Of a DNA stretch of 64,000 nucleotides, positions 20,337-29,801 are shown in pieces. A program made the position numbers and the translations under genes. How positions within the stretch are numbered: position 1 is the stretch's first letter; the number at the start of each line of letters is the position of its first letter. The notes below the pieces were generated by a model. That model searched no databases. It saw only the letters and a list, made by a program, of their open reading frames with translations, and was not told the origin of the DNA. The DNA is from Porticoccaceae bacterium (GTDB lineage: Bacteria > Bacteroidota > Bacteroidia > Flavobacteriales > Flavobacteriaceae): assembly GCA_047635475.1 (NCBI GenBank), contig JBLIKQ010000001.1:7818-71817 (forward strand), read 5' to 3'.

Positions 20337-21197
20337 ATGATACAATCGATGACAGGTTTTGGTAAAGCCTCTTTGCAATTACCAAACAAGAAAATAACAA
20401 TAGAAGTAAAATCCCTAAACAGTAAAGGACTGGATCTGAATGTGAGAATGCCTTCCCTTTACCGCGAAATGGAATTGGGATTACGCAACCAAATAGCAGT
20501 GAAACTTGAAAGAGGAAAAGTAGATTTTTCCATTTTTATCGAAAGCACGGCAGAACAAACTTCAACTAAAGTAAATGCGCCAATCATAAAAGGATACATC
20601 AAGCAATTGAAAGAAATTTATGCGAAGGCAGACGAGACAGAATTGATGAAAATGGCAGTGAGAATGCCTGACGCATTAAAAGTGGAGCGGGATGAAATTG
20701 ACGAAAATGACTGGGTGCAAATCCAAGCTGTTGTCGAAGAAGCTGTTCAAAACATTCTAGCTTTTAGAAAAGATGAGGGGATGTCACTGGAAAAGGAATT
20801 TCAACTACGGATTGAAAATATTCGTCAATACATGACTGATGCACTAGCACTAGATCCAGAGCGTGTACAGGCGATAAGAGATCGTTTACAAACTGCAATT
20901 GCGGAACTTAAGGTAAACGTGGATGAAAATCGTTTTGAACAAGAATTAATATATTATTTAGAAAAATTAGATATCACTGAAGAAAAAGTTCGTCTAACTA
21001 ATCATCTGGATTACTTCTTAGAAACAATAAATGGAACCGAAGCCAATGGTAGAAAATTAGGTTTTATCACCCAAGAAATGGGACGCGAAATCAATACTAT
21101 GGGGTCCAAATCCAATCATGCTCAAATGCAGAAATTAGTCGTTCAAATGAAAGACGAATTGGAAAAAATAAAAGAACAGGTTTTAAACGTATTATAG
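20337..21197 (+). CDS. yicC: YicC/YloC family endoribonuclease
   Basis: MIQSMTGFG, KSLNSK, RGKV, DITEE, GRKLGFITQEMGREINTMGSK. Confidence 0.93.
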   Translation: MIQSMTGFGKASLQLPNKKITIEVKSLNSKGLDLNVRMPSLYREMELGLRNQIAVKLERGKVDFSIFIESTAEQTSTKVNAPIIKGYIKQLKEIYAKADETELMKMAVRMPDALKVERDEIDENDWVQIQAVVEEAVQNILAFRKDEGMSLEKEFQLRIENIRQYMTDALALDPERVQAIRDRLQTAIAELKVNVDENRFEQELIYYLEKLDITEEKVRLTNHLDYFLETINGTEANGRKLGFITQEMGREINTMGSKSNHAQMQKLVVQMKDELEKIKEQVLNVL

Positions 21198-21239
21198 GTT
21201 TCGGAACTAAAAAAAATACTGAAACAAATTCAGCATAAA

Positions 21240-21812
21240 ATGAAAAAAGGAAAGTTAATCGTGTTCTCGGCGCCCTCTGGGTCGGGGAAAACAACTATAG
21301 TTAAGCATTTATTAGGTAAAGAAGATTTGAATCTTGAATTTTCCATTTCAGCTGCTTCCCGTGAACCAAGAGGAGAAGAAATTAACGGAAAGGATTATTA
21401 TTTCATCTCAACTGAAGAATTCAAGAAACATATTAAAAATGAGGATTTCCTAGAATGGGAGGAAGTATACAGGGATAACTTCTACGGTACTTTAAAAAGC
21501 GAAATAGAACGCATCTGGGCTTTGGGAAAAAACGTGATTTTTGACATTGATGTAGCAGGCGGATTAAGAATTAAGTCCAAGTTTCCCAAAGAAACTTTGG
21601 CCGTTTTTGTAAAACCGCCAAGTATTGATGAATTAAAAATTCGTCTAAAAAAAAGATCTACAGAAAGTGACGACAAAATTAATATGCGAATTGCAAAAGC
21701 ATCTGTTGAACTGGCAACTGCTCCACAATTTGATGTTGTAATTAAAAACTACGATTTACCCAATGCTCTTGAGGAAGCGTATCAATTGGTGAAGGATTTT
21801 GTGAAAGATTAA
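21240..21812 (+). CDS. gmk: Guanylate kinase
   Basis: SAPSGSGKTT, GEEINGKDYYF, FLEWEEVY, FDIDV. Confidence 0.97.
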   Translation: MKKGKLIVFSAPSGSGKTTIVKHLLGKEDLNLEFSISAASREPRGEEINGKDYYFISTEEFKKHIKNEDFLEWEEVYRDNFYGTLKSEIERIWALGKNVIFDIDVAGGLRIKSKFPKETLAVFVKPPSIDELKIRLKKRSTESDDKINMRIAKASVELATAPQFDVVIKNYDLPNALEEAYQLVKDFVKD

Positions 21813-21820
21813 AACTATTA

Positions 21821-21902
21821 CACAAAGATTCCCAAAGAGTAAAACACAAAGTTTTTATAAACCTTTTTGTGAAGCTTTGTGAGACCTTACTGAACCTTTT
21901 CG
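21821..21902. repeat. Inverted array of CACAAAG/CTTTGTG-like units
   Basis: Left arm: CACAAAG 21821, CCCAAAG 21831, CACAAAG 21845. Right arm: TTTTGTG 21865, CTTTGTG 21875, CTTACTG 21886, CTTTTCG 21896. Confidence 0.6.
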
Positions 21903-21914
21903 AAACAACTTTAT

Positions 21915-22496
21915 ATGAAAATAGGACTTTATTTTGGAACATTTAACCCCATGCATGTTGGCCATTTAATTATTGCCAATCACATGGCGGAAAATACGGA
22001 TTTAGAACAGGTTTGGTTAGTCGTTACGCCCCACAATCCACACAAAAAGAAAGAGACTTTGCTAGACGACTATCATCGCCTTCAAATGGTACATCTAGCA
22101 ACAGAAGATTACCTAAAACTCAAGCCTTCTGATATCGAATTCAAATTATCCCAACCCAATTATACGGTAAACACTTTAGTTCATCTTGAAGAAAAATATC
22201 CAGACCACGAATTTTCCATGATTATGGGAGAAGACAATCTAAAGTCTCTACACAAATGGAAAAACTTCGAGGTCCTTTTGCAAAATCATGAAATCTATGT
22301 TTACCCTAGAGTCTCGAATGGGCAAAAGCATTCAGATTTAGAAAACCACCTAAAAGTTCATTTAATTGATGCCCCCATAGTTGAAATTTCTTCGACTTTT
22401 ATTCGAAAAAGTATTAAAGAGAGTAAGAATATCCAGCCACTATTGCCTTCAAAAGTTTGGGAATTCATCGATCACAATAATTTTTACAAAAAGTAA
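21915..22496 (+). CDS. nadD: Nicotinate-nucleotide adenylyltransferase
   Basis: FGTFNPMHVGH, YTVNTL, IMGEDN, ISSTFIR. Confidence 0.96.
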   Translation: MKIGLYFGTFNPMHVGHLIIANHMAENTDLEQVWLVVTPHNPHKKKETLLDDYHRLQMVHLATEDYLKLKPSDIEFKLSQPNYTVNTLVHLEEKYPDHEFSMIMGEDNLKSLHKWKNFEVLLQNHEIYVYPRVSNGQKHSDLENHLKVHLIDAPIVEISSTFIRKSIKESKNIQPLLPSKVWEFIDHNNFYKK

Positions 22497-23393
22497 CTAC
22501 TCCAATATCTTTTTCAACTCTGACTCTATTTCCTCAAAAGCGGTGTTAAAATTATCATTTTTACTTGACAAAAGATATACTTCAGTACAAGGCATCTGTT
22601 TACTATCCCACAATAGTTGCAGCTTTTTATCTTGCAAGAAGGACTTAGCATTACAATTCCATACAACCGCAACCCCCTTGTTTTTTGAAAGTATCCCTAA
22701 CATTTCGTATTCAGAAGGAATAATATAACTCGGAATCATCGAAGGACGCTTTTTATTAAAAACATGCAGCCAAAATAATTTTACATGTGGAATTCCAGAA
22801 TCATGGCTATACCAAATTTGTTCATTCAGCCAATTTTCCGTGGCAGCAAAATCATTCCCTTTAATTTTAGTTTTTAATCCGGCGGTATCAATGCTAATTG
22901 AGCCTACTATAATTTGTTTGATGTCACCTACCTTTTTTTGAACGGTATCAAAAGTGTCGTATTTAGCTGTAACAATTGCAAAATCCAACTTCTTGGTATT
23001 AACCAATTCAAAAAGGGTTTGGTTTTCATGAAAATTAAAATCAATAAAGTCGAATTTTGAAATTAGAGCACTTCCCAAATTACTGAACAGATGTTCAGAT
23101 ATCCCTATTGTGATTAATCGATTAGCATTAAAAGCTTTAGTGCGAAAACCGTTCTCCACATTTTCTAATCGATCTAAAGCTTCTATTATTAGGTTATTCA
23201 ATAACTTCGCATACTCTGTTGGCTCGACACCCTTAGATTTTCTATTGAATAGTTTATAGCCTACATGCGCCTCCAGCATAGACATTTGCTGACTGACCGC
23301 CGGTTGACTGATAAACAACTCTTTAGCCGCCAAAGAAAAGTTTCGATTTTTATATACCGATTTAAATGTTCTGTACCATTCCAGATTTACCAT
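22497..23393 (-). CDS. LysR family transcriptional regulator
   Basis: NFSLAAKELFISQPAVSQQMSMLE HTH; divergent from the DJ-1/ADH pair. Confidence 0.93.
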   Translation of the reverse strand: MVNLEWYRTFKSVYKNRNFSLAAKELFISQPAVSQQMSMLEAHVGYKLFNRKSKGVEPTEYAKLLNNLIIEALDRLENVENGFRTKAFNANRLITIGISEHLFSNLGSALISKFDFIDFNFHENQTLFELVNTKKLDFAIVTAKYDTFDTVQKKVGDIKQIIVGSISIDTAGLKTKIKGNDFAATENWLNEQIWYSHDSGIPHVKLFWLHVFNKKRPSMIPSYIIPSEYEMLGILSKNKGVAVVWNCNAKSFLQDKKLQLLWDSKQMPCTEVYLLSSKNDNFNTAFEEIESELKKILE

Positions 23394-23396
23394 GAT

Positions 23397-23410
23397 ATAA
23401 ATATATTTAT
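23397..23410. promoter_or_regulatory. Putative LysR binding palindrome ATAAATATATTTAT
   Basis: 14-bp palindrome just upstream of the LysR start, in the divergent intergenic region; AT-rich, so it could be chance. Confidence 0.35.
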
Positions 23411-23454
23411 CACAAACATAATTTAAATTATTTTTACTAATGGCATTTTCGCTA

Positions 23455-23462
23455 TATCTTTG
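23455..23462 (+). promoter_or_regulatory. -7 promoter box (TATCTTTG) for the DJ-1/ADH operon
   Basis: TAnnTTTG consensus. Confidence 0.6.
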
Positions 23463-23480
23463 TGTTAGATAAAATAAGCC

Positions 23481-24251
23481 ATGAAAAAAATAGCATTGTT
23501 TACAGTAATAGCATTAACGATTGGTTGTCTGAATGCAACCGCACAAAAACAAAATAAAAAAATTATGAAAAAAGTATTATTTGTTCTTACTAGTCATGAT
23601 AAACTAGGAGATACCGGAGAAAAAACAGGATATTGGACGGAAGAATTTGCAGCTCCATATTACGAACTAGCCGATCAAGGCGTTCAAATTGATATCGCCA
23701 CACCGCTAGGAGGACAACCTCCAATCGACCCAAAAAGTGACGATCCTTCAGCGGCGACAGAGGATACAAAACGACTGGATAAAGACACTGAAGTATTAGC
23801 AAAACTAAAAAACACACACAAATTGTCGGATGTTCATCAAGCTGATTATGATGCCGTTTTTTACCCAGGAGGTCACGGTCCACTTTGGGATTTGGCTACA
23901 GACAAAACATCAAGCGCATTGATTGAAGCTTTTTATACTAATAATAAACCAGTCGCTTTCGTTTGTCACTCACCAGCGGTGTTGAAAAACGTAAAAGTAA
24001 ATGGCGAGTTTTTAGTGAAAGGTAAGAATGTAACCGGTTTTTCAAATTCAGAAGAGGCTGCTGTTGGCTTAACTGATGTTGTTCCTTTCTTACTGGAAGA
24101 CGCTTTACAAGCAAATGGAGCGAGCTACTCAAAAGTGGAGGACTGGCATCCTTATGCAGTTGAAGATGGTTTGTTGATTACTGGACAAAACCCAGCTTCA
24201 TCTAAATTAGTTGCTGAAAAATTATTAGCTCAATTAAACGCAAAAAAATAA
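23481..24251 (+). CDS. DJ-1/PfpI (type 1 glutamine amidotransferase-like, Hsp31/glyoxalase III-like) protein
   Basis: TGYWTEEFAAPY, YPGGHGPLWDL, FVCHSP, ITGQNPAS. Confidence 0.92.
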   Translation: MKKIALFTVIALTIGCLNATAQKQNKKIMKKVLFVLTSHDKLGDTGEKTGYWTEEFAAPYYELADQGVQIDIATPLGGQPPIDPKSDDPSAATEDTKRLDKDTEVLAKLKNTHKLSDVHQADYDAVFYPGGHGPLWDLATDKTSSALIEAFYTNNKPVAFVCHSPAVLKNVKVNGEFLVKGKNVTGFSNSEEAAVGLTDVVPFLLEDALQANGASYSKVEDWHPYAVEDGLLITGQNPASSKLVAEKLLAQLNAKK

Positions 24252-24253
24252 GC

Positions 24254-25411
24254 ATGTTAAATTTTGAATTGTACAATCCAACGAATCTTGTATTCGGAAA
24301 AGGACAAATAGAAAAACTAGGAAGCCTTGTCCCTAAAGGAGCTAAGATATTATTGGCTTACGGCGGAGGAAGTATCTTTAAAAATAGAATACACGAACAA
24401 GTAATCAACAATCTTAAAGGGCATGAAGTTGTTGAGTTTAGCGGAATTGAAGCGAATCCTCATTTCGAAACTTTAATGAAAGCGGTTGCGATTGTTAAAG
24501 AACAAAAAATCGACTTTATCTTGGCAGTTGGTGGTGGTTCTGTAATTGATGGTGTGAAATTTATTTCGGCTGCCGTTAATTTTGAAGGAAATCCAATCGA
24601 AATATTACAAAAACGGATATTGATTAAGGAAAACGCAGTACCATTTGGAACTGTTTTAACTTTACCTGCAACTGGAAGCGAAATGAACTCTGGTGCAGTA
24701 GTAACAATTGAATCTACGAAAGAAAAACTTGCTTTTGGAGGCTCGGCTATGTTCCCTAAATTCTCTATTTGCGATCCTACAGTGATCGAATCTCTACCAA
24801 AAAGACAATTGCAAAATGGAGTCGTTGATGCCTACACGCATGTGATGGAGCAGTATTTAACATATCCTCATGAAGGATATTTACAAGACCGTATTGCAGA
24901 AGGAATTTTGCAGACCTTACTTGAAGTTGGCCCAAAAGTGGTAGAAAACCCAAAAGATTATGCCTTGGCATCTAACTTTATGTGGAGTTGTACAATGGCT
25001 TTAAATGGGTTGATTCAAAAAGGTGTACCTAGCGACTGGGCTACCCATATGATCGGCCATGAATTAACTGCAATGTATGGAATTGATCACGCAAGAACAC
25101 TTGCTGTTATCGCTCCAAGTTTATACAAAGTTATGTTTGAAACCAAAAAAGCAAAACTGGCACAATACGGAAAACGCATCTTCAACTTAGAAGGTGCCGA
25201 AGACGAAATTGCCAATGAAGCGATAAACAAAACGGTTGAGTTCTTCCATAAAATGGGAATGAATACCAAACTTTCAGACTACACAAAAGAATACCATAAC
25301 ACAGCAGATTTCATTGTGAATCGTTTTGATGAAAGAGGATGGAAAGGTTTAGGTGAAAAACAGAATGTCACTTTAGAAAAAGTAAAAGCTATTGTGGAAA
25401 TGAGTTACTAA
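24254..25411 (+). CDS. Iron-containing alcohol dehydrogenase, YqhD-like NADPH aldehyde reductase
   Basis: YGGGS, AVGGGSVIDG, LPATGSE, DWATHMIGHELTAMYGIDHARTL. Confidence 0.93.
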   Translation: MLNFELYNPTNLVFGKGQIEKLGSLVPKGAKILLAYGGGSIFKNRIHEQVINNLKGHEVVEFSGIEANPHFETLMKAVAIVKEQKIDFILAVGGGSVIDGVKFISAAVNFEGNPIEILQKRILIKENAVPFGTVLTLPATGSEMNSGAVVTIESTKEKLAFGGSAMFPKFSICDPTVIESLPKRQLQNGVVDAYTHVMEQYLTYPHEGYLQDRIAEGILQTLLEVGPKVVENPKDYALASNFMWSCTMALNGLIQKGVPSDWATHMIGHELTAMYGIDHARTLAVIAPSLYKVMFETKKAKLAQYGKRIFNLEGAEDEIANEAINKTVEFFHKMGMNTKLSDYTKEYHNTADFIVNRFDERGWKGLGEKQNVTLEKVKAIVEMSY

Positions 25412-25442
25412 TTCAAAATACTGGAGTCATCTAGTATGAAAT

Positions 25443-25479
25443 AAAAAGGCGTTCTTGAATTTAATTCAGAACGCCTTTT
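25443..25479 (+). terminator. Intrinsic terminator
   Basis: AAAAGGCGTTCT..AGAACGCCTTTT stem. Confidence 0.8.
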
Positions 25480-25682
25480 ACATTACAACAAACCAAAACT
25501 AACTAATTCAATTCTTAATTTTTATTAAAAACTTAACTTATAGTAAGTTACAACGTTATTAAAACATGTTTATTGTATTATCTCATAATAAAAATTATTT
25601 TAATTCCACTATCCACGATTTCATTGCTGTATGGCTTGTAGCATCTTCAACTATTTTTTTGTTTAATCAATCCTATTTTAAG

Positions 25683-25690
25683 TACTTTTG
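25683..25690 (+). promoter_or_regulatory. -7 promoter box (TACTTTTG) for gpsA
   Basis: TAnnTTTG consensus. Confidence 0.6.
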
Positions 25691-25708
25691 GTTAAATTTA
25701 TTTAAAAA

Positions 25709-26704
25709 ATGATCGAAAATATAAAATTTGCAGTGATAGGTGGCGGAAGTTGGGCAACGGCAATTACAAAAATGCTTTGTGTAAATCTTTCTGAAGTTTC
25801 ATGGTACATGCGTAACGAATCTGCAATCGAACATATCAACACTTACAAACACAATCCTAATTATCTGAGCTCAGTGGAGTTTGATACCAAAAAACTTAAA
25901 TTGACTTGTGATATTAATGAAGCTGTCGCTTATGCTGATTACATCATATTTGCAGTTCCTTCTGCATTTTTAAGCGGCGAATTAGAAAAATTAACGATCT
26001 CACTAAAAGATAAAGTTATTTTTTCAGCCATTAAAGGAATCGTTCCAGAAACGAGCATGATTGTGGGAGAACATTTTCATTTTAAATATGACATCCCATA
26101 TTATAACATTGGTGTCATAACGGGTCCATGCCATGCCGAAGAGGTAGCTTTGGAGCGCTTGTCCTATCTAACTATAGCCTGCGGAGACGCTGATAAGGCA
26201 AAAATAGTAGCAAAATCTTTAGTTGGAAATTATATTAAAACCAAAATTACCGATGATATTATTGGGACAGAATACGCTGCCATGCTGAAAAATATTTATG
26301 CAATTGCTGCAGGGATGGCTCACGGACTTGGTTACGGAGATAATTTCCAGTCCGTCTTGATGAGTAATGGTATCCGGGAAATGAAAAAATTCATCAAGAA
26401 AGTACATAAGATGAAACGAAACATAAACGATTCAGCTTATTTGGGTGATTTATTAGTGACTGGATATTCCGTTTTTTCAAGAAACAGGACCTTCGGGAAC
26501 ATGATTGGCAAGGGATATACAGTAAAAAGTGCCATGCTAGAAATGAGTATGGTTTCTGAAGGCTATTATGCTACTAAAAGTGCCTACAATCTTAATCAGG
26601 GATATGGTGCAAAAACACCGATTATAGATGCCGTATATCAAATTTTATATGAAGGAAAAGATGCCAAACGCATTTTTAAAGAATTAACAGATAAGCTTGA
26701 TTAA
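25709..26704 (+). CDS. gpsA: NAD(P)H-dependent glycerol-3-phosphate dehydrogenase
   Basis: GGGSWATA, AVPS, GPCHAEEV, LKNIYAIAAG, GDLLVT, SRNR. Confidence 0.95.
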   Translation: MIENIKFAVIGGGSWATAITKMLCVNLSEVSWYMRNESAIEHINTYKHNPNYLSSVEFDTKKLKLTCDINEAVAYADYIIFAVPSAFLSGELEKLTISLKDKVIFSAIKGIVPETSMIVGEHFHFKYDIPYYNIGVITGPCHAEEVALERLSYLTIACGDADKAKIVAKSLVGNYIKTKITDDIIGTEYAAMLKNIYAIAAGMAHGLGYGDNFQSVLMSNGIREMKKFIKKVHKMKRNINDSAYLGDLLVTGYSVFSRNRTFGNMIGKGYTVKSAMLEMSMVSEGYYATKSAYNLNQGYGAKTPIIDAVYQILYEGKDAKRIFKELTDKLD

Positions 26705-26746
26705 TTAGCTTCTCGGAATAAACATTTTTAATTAAAAAAAGTAAAG

Positions 26747-27499
26747 ATGGCTGTCATTTTATCCATAATAAAGTCGGTGAGCCTAAAAGAGAGCCTGCTT
26801 TTCATTTGTTTGATTGTTTTTTTTCAAAGCTTTGCCCAAGAAATAACAGGATCGGATTTAGTAAAGAAAACTATCCAATACCATGACCCAAATAACAATT
26901 GGAGTCATTTTAGAGCAAAACTTTTCATCGAAATGCAAATGCCAAATGGCAATCAGCTCCCAAGTGAAGTAAGTATTGATCTACCGCAAGAATATTTTAA
27001 ACTAAGCTCTCTTAAAAATGATAATCAAATTGAGCATATTGTAAACAAAGACAATTACGCCTTTAATCTCAACGGCAAAACAGAAGTTAGTGAGGAAGAA
27101 ATTAAAACCTTTAACTTGACCAACACAAGAGCGAGATTCATGAGGAACTATTATACATTTCTATATGGTTTACCTATGAAACTTGCAGATCCGGGAACAA
27201 TTATCGACCCCGTAGTAGAGAAAAAAGAATTTAAGGGTAAAGAATATTTGGTCCTAAAAGTCAAATATGAAGAAGGGATCGGAAAAGATTCCTGGTACTT
27301 TTATTTTGACTCAAAAACATACGCAATGGAAATTTACCAATTCTACCATGATGAGACTAAAAACGACGGAGAATACATCGTACTAAGCGCACAAGAAGTT
27401 TACAGGGGAATTAAAATATCAAAAATAAGAACCTGGTACGAAAACAAAGACAGCCGTCTTTTAGCCACAGACAAACTGACAAAAGTTTCTTCATTGTAG
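26747..27499 (+). CDS. Secreted conserved protein (DUF6503-like)
   Basis: Signal peptide ending AQ; IQYHDPNNNW, YYTFLYGLPMKL, DSWYFYFD. Confidence 0.65.
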   Translation: MAVILSIIKSVSLKESLLFICLIVFFQSFAQEITGSDLVKKTIQYHDPNNNWSHFRAKLFIEMQMPNGNQLPSEVSIDLPQEYFKLSSLKNDNQIEHIVNKDNYAFNLNGKTEVSEEEIKTFNLTNTRARFMRNYYTFLYGLPMKLADPGTIIDPVVEKKEFKGKEYLVLKVKYEEGIGKDSWYFYFDSKTYAMEIYQFYHDETKNDGEYIVLSAQEVYRGIKISKIRTWYENKDSRLLATDKLTKVSSL

Positions 27500-27611
27500 T
27501 CTGAACAGTATAAATTATCGCTCTGTAACATTGATTCAAATAAAGAGCAACATTTATTTTTGCATATAATCAGCAATAAATATGGCTCTTTTATGATTGC
27601 AACAAGCCAGC

Positions 27612-28019
27612 TTACCTGACAATGACTCCTTCTACGAATAAAATGGGGACTTCCTCGGTCGCTTTTTCGTTAATTGATTGTTCTTTAAAAATAAATTTCT
27701 TGTCGTATAATTTATTCCCAATAAAGTAAGAAACTGAAAATTCGTTGTTGAGCACTAAAACACTTTTCTGCACCATTTCAATCTTCACCACCGAAACAGC
27801 GGGTACTTCCGCAAAAGCATGACGCAGTTGAGACGATTTTTTCATTTCGCCATCTATGGTTCCAAAAGCACTTGAAACAACCATAACGCTTTCGATAAGG
27901 AAGTCACTATCATTAACCAAATAGGCATACCAGACTTTCTCCATGAAATCGTCGCTCCATTCCTGAACGGCAGCTACAAATACGTTTTCTACTTCTGGGA
28001 TGATGATGTCTTTTTTCAT
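27612..28019 (-). CDS. Conserved hypothetical protein
   Basis: MKKDIIIPEVENV start; long ORF downstream of pheS. Confidence 0.8.
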   Translation of the reverse strand: MKKDIIIPEVENVFVAAVQEWSDDFMEKVWYAYLVNDSDFLIESVMVVSSAFGTIDGEMKKSSQLRHAFAEVPAVSVVKIEMVQKSVLVLNNEFSVSYFIGNKLYDKKFIFKEQSINEKATEEVPILFVEGVIVR

Positions 28020-28076
28020 TACTGATTTTTTGCTATAATGTTCCGTAGACACAAAATAGTATTATTTAGTACTTCC

Positions 28077-28159
28077 TAGCCCAGATAGAAGTGAAAATCC
28101 TTTTCTTGTTTTTCTTTACAACAAGAGAAGATTGAAACGAATAGCTGGAAATAGCTCCT
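28077..28159 (+). ncRNA. Flavo-1-like structured repeat/ncRNA, copy 1
   Basis: TAGCCCAGATAGAAGTGAAAATCCTTTT-[CTTGTT..AACAAG hairpin]-AAGATTGAAACGAATAGCTGGAAATAGCTCCT; colinear with the copy at 48470. Confidence 0.6.
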
Positions 28160-28171
28160 TATTTTTTTTAA

Positions 28172-29191
28172 TTAAATACTCGCTTTGAATTGCTCTAAGA
28201 AACGAACGTCATTTTCATAGAACATTCTTATATCGCCTATCTGATAATTAAGCATGGCTATCCTTTCAATTCCCATTCCAAACGCAAAACCAGTATATTC
28301 TTCTGAATCGATACCGCAGTTTTTAAGCACATTAGGATCCACCATCCCACAACCACCAATTTCTAACCAACCGGTTCCTTTGGTAATTCTGTAATCAGTT
28401 TCAGTTTTTAACCCCCAATAAATATCAATTTCAGCACTTGGTTCCGTGAACGGAAAATAAGAAGGGCGTAAACGAATCTTTGATTTTCCGAACATCTCTT
28501 TTGTAAAGTGCAACAAGGTTTGCTTCAAGTCAGCAAACGAAACGTCTTTGTCTATATAAAGTCCTTCTACTTGATGGAAAATACAATGAGAACGAGAAGA
28601 AACGGCTTCATTACGAAAAACTCTTCCCGGAGAAATAGTACGTATGGGTGGTTTGTTGTTTTCCATGTAACGTACTTGGACAGATGAGGTATGAGTACGC
28701 AACAAAATATCAGGGTCTGTCTGGATGAAAAAAGTATCTTGCATGTCACGCGCAGGATGATATTCTGGTAAGTTTAACGCGGTGAAATTATGCCAATCAT
28801 CTTCGATCTCAGGTCCTTCAGAAACGTTGAATCCAATGTTTGAAAAAATATCAATAATTTGGTTTTTGACCAAAGATATAGGATGACGTGAGCCGATGGC
28901 CACTGGCTCAGCAGGCCTTGTCAAATCTCCATAAAACCCCTTACTTTCTTCTTTGTTTTCTAGAGCTTCTTGTATGGATTTTACCTTTTCTTCTGCTGAA
29001 GTTTTTAGTAAATTAATTACTTGCCCAAAATCTTTCTTTTGCTCGTTTGGGACATTTTTAAATTCGGCAAAAAACTCTTTTAAAAGCCCTTTAGCTCCAA
29101 GAAATTTAATTCTAAAAGCTTCTAGTTCTGCTGGATTTTGTGTTGAGAAGGCTTGTGCTTCACCAATATATTCTTTTATCTTGTCTATCAT
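28172..29191 (-). CDS. pheS: Phenylalanine--tRNA ligase alpha subunit
   Basis: HPARDMQDTF, LRTHTS, FHQVEGL, YFPFTEPS, GFAFGMGIER. Confidence 0.98.
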   Translation of the reverse strand: MIDKIKEYIGEAQAFSTQNPAELEAFRIKFLGAKGLLKEFFAEFKNVPNEQKKDFGQVINLLKTSAEEKVKSIQEALENKEESKGFYGDLTRPAEPVAIGSRHPISLVKNQIIDIFSNIGFNVSEGPEIEDDWHNFTALNLPEYHPARDMQDTFFIQTDPDILLRTHTSSVQVRYMENNKPPIRTISPGRVFRNEAVSSRSHCIFHQVEGLYIDKDVSFADLKQTLLHFTKEMFGKSKIRLRPSYFPFTEPSAEIDIYWGLKTETDYRITKGTGWLEIGGCGMVDPNVLKNCGIDSEEYTGFAFGMGIERIAMLNYQIGDIRMFYENDVRFLEQFKASI

Positions 29192-29213
29192 TTTCATCTA
29201 ATAATTGAGTGTG

Positions 29214-29221
29214 CAAATTTA
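29214..29221 (-). promoter_or_regulatory. -7 promoter box (TAAATTTG) for pheS
   Basis: TAnnTTTG consensus followed by CA. Confidence 0.65.
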
Positions 29222-29281
29222 CAAAAATTGTTTCAGATTAAAGTTTAAAATGTACAGTTTAGACTCTCATACCCTACATCG

Positions 29282-29638
29282 TTACTCTATAACTTCTCTT
29301 TCCATGAAATAACTAACTATTGCTTCTTTCATTAAAACGGATTGCTCACCCGCTTTTAGTGGTGGCAATTCTTCTTTAACACGATAGTGGGGCCAACCAT
29401 CTTCATCAAAATATTCAAATTCATAGAAGCCATAAGGCTCTAGTAATCTGCAAATTGCGATATGCATCAAGTTTAATTTCTCGTCTTTTTTATATTCACT
29501 ATGAACTTTTCCAAGTTCTTGTACTCCGATTAAATAAATAATGGCATCCAAATCTAAATCTTCACCTTGCGAAAATTGATCTGAAAGTATATTTACCAGC
29601 TTTTCCCAGCGGTCTTTAAGTTTTGTGTCTCTTGACAT
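29282..29638 (-). CDS. Conserved hypothetical protein
   Basis: LIGVQELG, KLNLMHIAICRLLEPYG, DGWPH motifs typical of a conserved Bacteroidota small protein. Confidence 0.8.
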   Translation of the reverse strand: MSRDTKLKDRWEKLVNILSDQFSQGEDLDLDAIIYLIGVQELGKVHSEYKKDEKLNLMHIAICRLLEPYGFYEFEYFDEDGWPHYRVKEELPPLKAGEQSVLMKEAIVSYFMEREVIE

Positions 29639-29644
29639 TTTTAA

Positions 29645-29672
29645 TTTAGGATTTTAGATTTAGAACTTAGGA
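29645..29672. repeat. 7-nt tandem array
   Basis: TTTAGGA TTTTAGA TTTAGAA CTTAGGA, exact 7-nt period. Confidence 0.6.
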
Positions 29673-29718
29673 TTCGCAAAAAACACAAATATTCAATTCT
29701 TTTATCAAAATTAGTTAG

Positions 29719-29773
29719 CAAAGATAACAACTTGAAAATTGACAATGGATGTTTGATTATTCTTTTATATTTG
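29719..29773. promoter_or_regulatory. Divergent -7 boxes (minus TATCTTTG 29719-29726; plus TATATTTG 29766-29773)
   Basis: Two TAnnTTTG matches, each facing one of the divergent genes. Confidence 0.55.
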
Positions 29774-29801
29774 TTGTTTCATTTTAATAAAGTTACTTAT
29801 T

